A stretch of DNA of 1,552 nt from Escherichia coli (lineage in GTDB: Bacteria > Pseudomonadota > Gammaproteobacteria > Enterobacterales > Enterobacteriaceae): assembly GCF_013315695.1 (NCBI RefSeq), contig NZ_CP054362.1. One strand, written 5' to 3'. The notes beneath the pieces were generated by a model. The model worked only from the letters and a program-made list of their open reading frames with translations, was not told the origin of the DNA and did not search any database. Positions 1 to 1,552 of this stretch are shown here, one piece after another; the first letter of the stretch is position 1; every line of letters starts with the position of its first letter. Both the position numbers and the translations under genes were made by a program.

Positions 1-50
1 CCTGTCGCATCCAGGGTGACACAACGTTGTCGCATCCTGGATGCGACAAC
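1..50. repeat. Two tandem ~25-bp imperfect direct repeats (1-25, 26-50); the second unit is a perfect 25-bp palindrome (gttgtcgcatcc-t-ggatgcgacaac). Candidate Rep operator or iterons.
   Basis: Read directly: units 1-25 and 26-50 match at 19 of 25 positions. Arms 26-37 and 39-50 are exact reverse complements. Each unit has a CCWGG (Dcm) site at its centre (11-15 ccagg, 36-40 cctgg). Further GTTG/CAAC-type palindromic motifs lie at 21-30 (acaacgttgt) and 54-66 (caaca-agg-tgttg). The function is inferred from position upstream of the rep-like gene. Confidence 0.55.
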
Positions 51-63
51 ACGCAACAAGGTG

Positions 64-93
64 TTGCACAGATGTGTCATGATGGCTTAGATT
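64..93 (+). promoter_or_regulatory. Putative sigma70 promoter for the rep-like gene: -35 TTGCAC (64-69), 18-bp spacer, -10 TAGATT (88-93)
   Basis: Hexamers chosen by eye; 3/6 and 4/6 matches to consensus, with A2 and T6 of the -10 conserved. An alternative -35 is TTGAAC at 93-98, but it lacks a good -10. Not supported by any transcript data. Confidence 0.3.
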
Positions 94-121
94 TGAACCA
101 ACGTTAGTGCATGGGATTTTT

Positions 122-127
122 AGAGGG
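122..127 (+). promoter_or_regulatory. Shine-Dalgarno sequence (AGAGGG) 8 nt upstream of the ATG at 136
   Basis: Purine-rich GAGGG core with standard spacing to the start codon. Confidence 0.6.
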
Positions 128-135
128 AAAAAATC

Positions 136-612
136 ATGTTTATTGATTCAGAAAAACGACTGAAACAACTTTCAGATGAGGCAAAGAAAAACACCGAGGA
201 TCTCGAAGAAGCAAAGAAGAATTCAAGGTTTACACAGGTATCCCCAAAAGGTTGGGAACGCGTTCGAGAGCTGCTGAAGGATAGCCAAGGCATATCAGCA
301 CTGAAGCTGTACTCATTTTTAGCGGAGCATATCGATCCTACGTGTGGCGCTGTCGTTGCGGATCAGCAATTCCTAGCTGAAAAACTTGGAGTTAGCAGAA
401 GCACAATTATTCGTTGGCTCAATTACTTAGAATCAAAAAATGCATTAGTTAGAATCCCCGTTGCTGGTAAGGTTTGTGCGTATGCCCTCGATCCACATGA
501 AGTCTGGAAGGGATACAACACTACGAAAAACCATGCAGCATTTGTCACTAAAACACTGGTCAACAAAGACGGTGATATTCAGCGCCGAATCATGGCCATG
601 TTTTCAAATTGA
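136..612 (+). CDS. repA: Small winged-helix replication initiator protein (RepA/RepL-like), 158 aa, about 18 kDa
   Basis: Only ORF with a proper RBS and ATG start, ending in TGA at 610-612. Its GC content is clearly lower than the downstream DNA. A helix-turn-helix motif is visible at residues ~77-100 (QQFLAEKLGVSRSTIIRWLNYLES, nt 364-435), followed by a wing-like beta region (VRIPVAGKVCAYALDPHEVWKG). Iteron-like repeats sit directly upstream. The Rep call and the symbol are inferred from architecture and motif resemblance, not from a search. Confidence 0.8.
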   Translation: MFIDSEKRLKQLSDEAKKNTEDLEEAKKNSRFTQVSPKGWERVRELLKDSQGISALKLYSFLAEHIDPTCGAVVADQQFLAEKLGVSRSTIIRWLNYLESKNALVRIPVAGKVCAYALDPHEVWKGYNTTKNHAAFVTKTLVNKDGDIQRRIMAMFSN

Positions 613-948
613 GCCAGCGGCAGGCGGACAATCAGGGGCTACGTGTTAACGTTCTGACCATGATTGTCTATCCTGCATTGCTCTTTTGCCGCCTCAAAAT
701 CCCTTGCGTGTTTTTGCTCCCCGATCTCCAGAACGACCGAGCCGCCACGGTTCCGGCAGCGCCTTGAGCGCAACCGGAAACCGTCTGGGGAGAACCCCAG
801 ACCCCCATCGCTGTAACACCGACGGTCTACGACCACCTACCAACCGAGTGACTGCCTGTACCGTGCAAATGGGCTTTGCAGGGGGCTGGCGCGGTTCCTG
901 GCGACCTGAAAGCCCCTGGCTAGGGGTATCGGCGCGCCTGACCTCCTG

Positions 949-969
949 AAACGCTCTGTAAGCGTTTTT
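949..969 (+). terminator. Hairpin aaacgct-ctgta-agcgttt followed by tt; weak candidate intrinsic terminator or single-strand structural element
   Basis: 7-bp stem (949-955 pairs with 961-967), 5-nt loop, T-run 965-969. The stem is AT-rich and lies ~340 nt downstream of the rep stop, so a terminator role is uncertain. Confidence 0.2.
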
Positions 970-979
970 CGCGCCTTCC

Positions 980-995
980 ATGCCCTGACGGGCAT
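980..995. other. Hairpin atgccc-tgac-gggcat (6-bp stem, 4-nt loop)
   Basis: Exact inverted repeat read from sequence; function unknown. Possibly part of a single-strand initiation or priming signal. Confidence 0.3.
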
Positions 996-1106
996 TTAAA
1001 CCCCGCCTCGTGCGTCTGAGAGCTTCTGAGCGCGTTTGAAGGGCTATCTGACGACTCATCCCCGAAAGAACAACAGCGGAATCACCGACAACATGCGAGA
1101 GGTGGC

Positions 1107-1168
1107 ACCGCTCGCCGCAGCCCCAGCGACCGAACGTTAGTGAGCGAGTGGGCGAGGAAGCGGAAGAG
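1107..1168. other. ColE1/pMB1-like conserved non-coding segment, matching the block just downstream of the ColE1 replication origin; candidate lagging-strand priming (primosome assembly) region
   Basis: accgctcgccgcagcc...gtgagcgag...gcgaggaagcggaagag closely matches the pBR322/pUC backbone sequence as I remember it. No RNA I/RNA II-like sequence precedes it. The priming-site function is an inference. Confidence 0.45.
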
Positions 1169-1204
1169 AACCGGAAACCACATTGAGCACGTACGCACTG
1201 ATAC

Positions 1205-1229
1205 GGGGTGTCGGGGCGAAGCCCTGACC
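1205..1229. repeat. Left arm of a perfect 25-bp inverted repeat (ggggtgtcggggcgaagccctgacc)
   Basis: Exact reverse complement of 1434-1458, separated by 204 bp. Confidence 0.9.
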
Positions 1230-1397
1230 AGATGGCAAACGGAATATCGTCGCGGGTGACGGTATTACATTTGCACATCCTGTCCCGATTTCTGCGGGGG
1301 TTAACGGTGAACGGACGGCAAAAAACGTGCAGGAGCTGTTGAACGTGAAAACCACGAAATCTGGCAAAAATCACGGCTGGCGAGGCTTGCAGAGGAG

Positions 1398-1458
1398 TAA
1401 GCCAGTATACACTCCGCTATCGCTACGTGACTGGGTCAGGGCTTCGCCCCGACACCCC
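1398..1458 (-). other. ColE1/pMB1-type oriT (bom) nick region; predicted nick on the minus strand near 1400-1403 (CTGG/CTTA on that strand)
   Basis: The minus strand reads gggtgtcggggcgaagccctgacccagtcacgtagcgatagcggagtgtatactggctta, nearly identical to the pBR322 bom/nic region as I remember it. Nick position is by analogy with ColE1 relaxase (MbeA) cleavage. No relaxase gene is present in the window. Confidence 0.6.
1434..1458. repeat. Right arm of the perfect 25-bp inverted repeat; this arm belongs to the ColE1-type bom/oriT homology
   Basis: Exact reverse complement of 1205-1229. The sequence corresponds to the bom-proximal pBR322 segment gggtgtcggggcgcagccatgacc with a few substitutions. 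Confidence 0.9.
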
Positions 1459-1460
1459 CA

Positions 1461-1489
1461 AAGGGCGTTGCGTTGCGCGCAACACCCTT
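1461..1489. repeat. Imperfect inverted repeat containing a perfect 12-bp palindrome GTTGCGCGCAAC (1472-1483)
   Basis: The 12-mer is self-complementary. Flanking aaggg (1461-1465) and ccctt (1485-1489) extend the dyad, with a duplicated gttgcg on the left arm. Confidence 0.7.
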
Positions 1490-1490
1490 G

Positions 1491-1552
1491 CCTAGAATAG
1501 ATCTTTTACGCCGATTTGTAAGTTGTTGTTTTTTTAGTGTGTTTTTTGTTTA
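1491..1552. other. AT-rich tract with T-runs; possible DNA unwinding element of the origin if the element is circular and joins to the repeats at 1-66
   Basis: Composition read directly (T7 and T6 runs, gttgttg motif). The origin role is an inference from its position next to the repeats across the putative circular junction. Confidence 0.3.

Noticed and set aside
100-109. 10-mer aacgttagtg repeated at 100-109 and 1133-1142
   Set aside because: An exact 10-mer match in a 1.5-kb window is about what chance predicts; no extended similarity around it.
461-649. 62-aa ORF on the plus strand overlapping rep in another frame
   Set aside because: Nested out of frame within the well-supported rep CDS; no independent RBS.
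772-782. 11-mer aaccggaaacc repeated at 772-782 and 1169-1179, with loosely similar flanks (gaacgaccgag at 731-741)
   Set aside because: Could be a degenerate copy of the ColE1-like block, but the motif spacing differs between the two places and the match is close to chance level; not reliable without alignment statistics.
639-836. 65-aa ORF on the minus strand
   Set aside because: Short, no RBS, arginine-rich composition, overlaps other spurious frames.
686-949. 87-aa ORF on the plus strand
   Set aside because: Pro/Arg/Gly-rich low-complexity product, no RBS, lies in the GC-rich non-coding region; likely spurious.
613-1106. ColE1-type RNA I/RNA II replication origin
   Set aside because: Expected upstream of the conserved block at 1107-1168 if this were a ColE1 replicon. 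I found no RNA II or RNA I-like sequence; only a short cggttcctggc echo at 889-899.
1261-1285. Possible Xer/cer-type recombination site near ggtattacatttgcacatcc
   Set aside because: Does not match the XerC/XerD arm consensus on either strand when compared by eye.
1137-1367. 76-aa ORF on the minus strand
   Set aside because: Overlaps the ColE1-like non-coding block and the left arm of the inverted repeat; no RBS or domain features.
694-1374. 226-aa ORF on the minus strand
   Set aside because: Arginine-rich, low-complexity translation typical of a random frame in GC-rich DNA. It has no Shine-Dalgarno, and by my count the codon at its start (1372-1374) is a GTG rather than an ATG. It runs across the ColE1-like non-coding block, the left arm of the inverted repeat and most of the intervening segment, ending just short of oriT. 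No recognisable domain.
1-1552. DnaA boxes, CRISPR arrays, tRNA or other structured RNA genes, insertion-sequence ends
   Set aside because: No TTATNCACA-type box, no repeat-spacer array, no tRNA-like cloverleaf candidates and no terminal inverted repeats with a transposase ORF were seen.

Overview
The window reads as the backbone of a very small plasmid-like replicon, possibly a complete ~1.55-kb circle, with a single convincing gene. That gene (136-612, + strand) encodes a 158-aa winged-helix protein that I call a Rep-type replication initiator (RepA/RepL-like); the product call is tentative. Upstream (1-66) are two tandem ~25-bp repeat units, the second a perfect palindrome, which look like a Rep operator or iteron set. 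Downstream of the gene the sequence is GC-rich and non-coding. It carries two segments that I recognise from memory as close relatives of the ColE1/pMB1 backbone: the block downstream of the ColE1 origin (1107-1168) and the bom/oriT nick region (1398-1458). No ColE1-type RNA I/RNA II origin and no relaxase gene are present. A perfect 25-bp inverted repeat (1205-1229 and 1434-1458) brackets 204 bp that include the predicted nick site, and the window ends in an AT-rich tract. I see no multi-gene defence or other novel system; the points of interest are the orphan oriT, the inverted duplication around it, and the mosaic make-up. All homology statements are from memory of ColE1/pBR322 sequence, not from a search.
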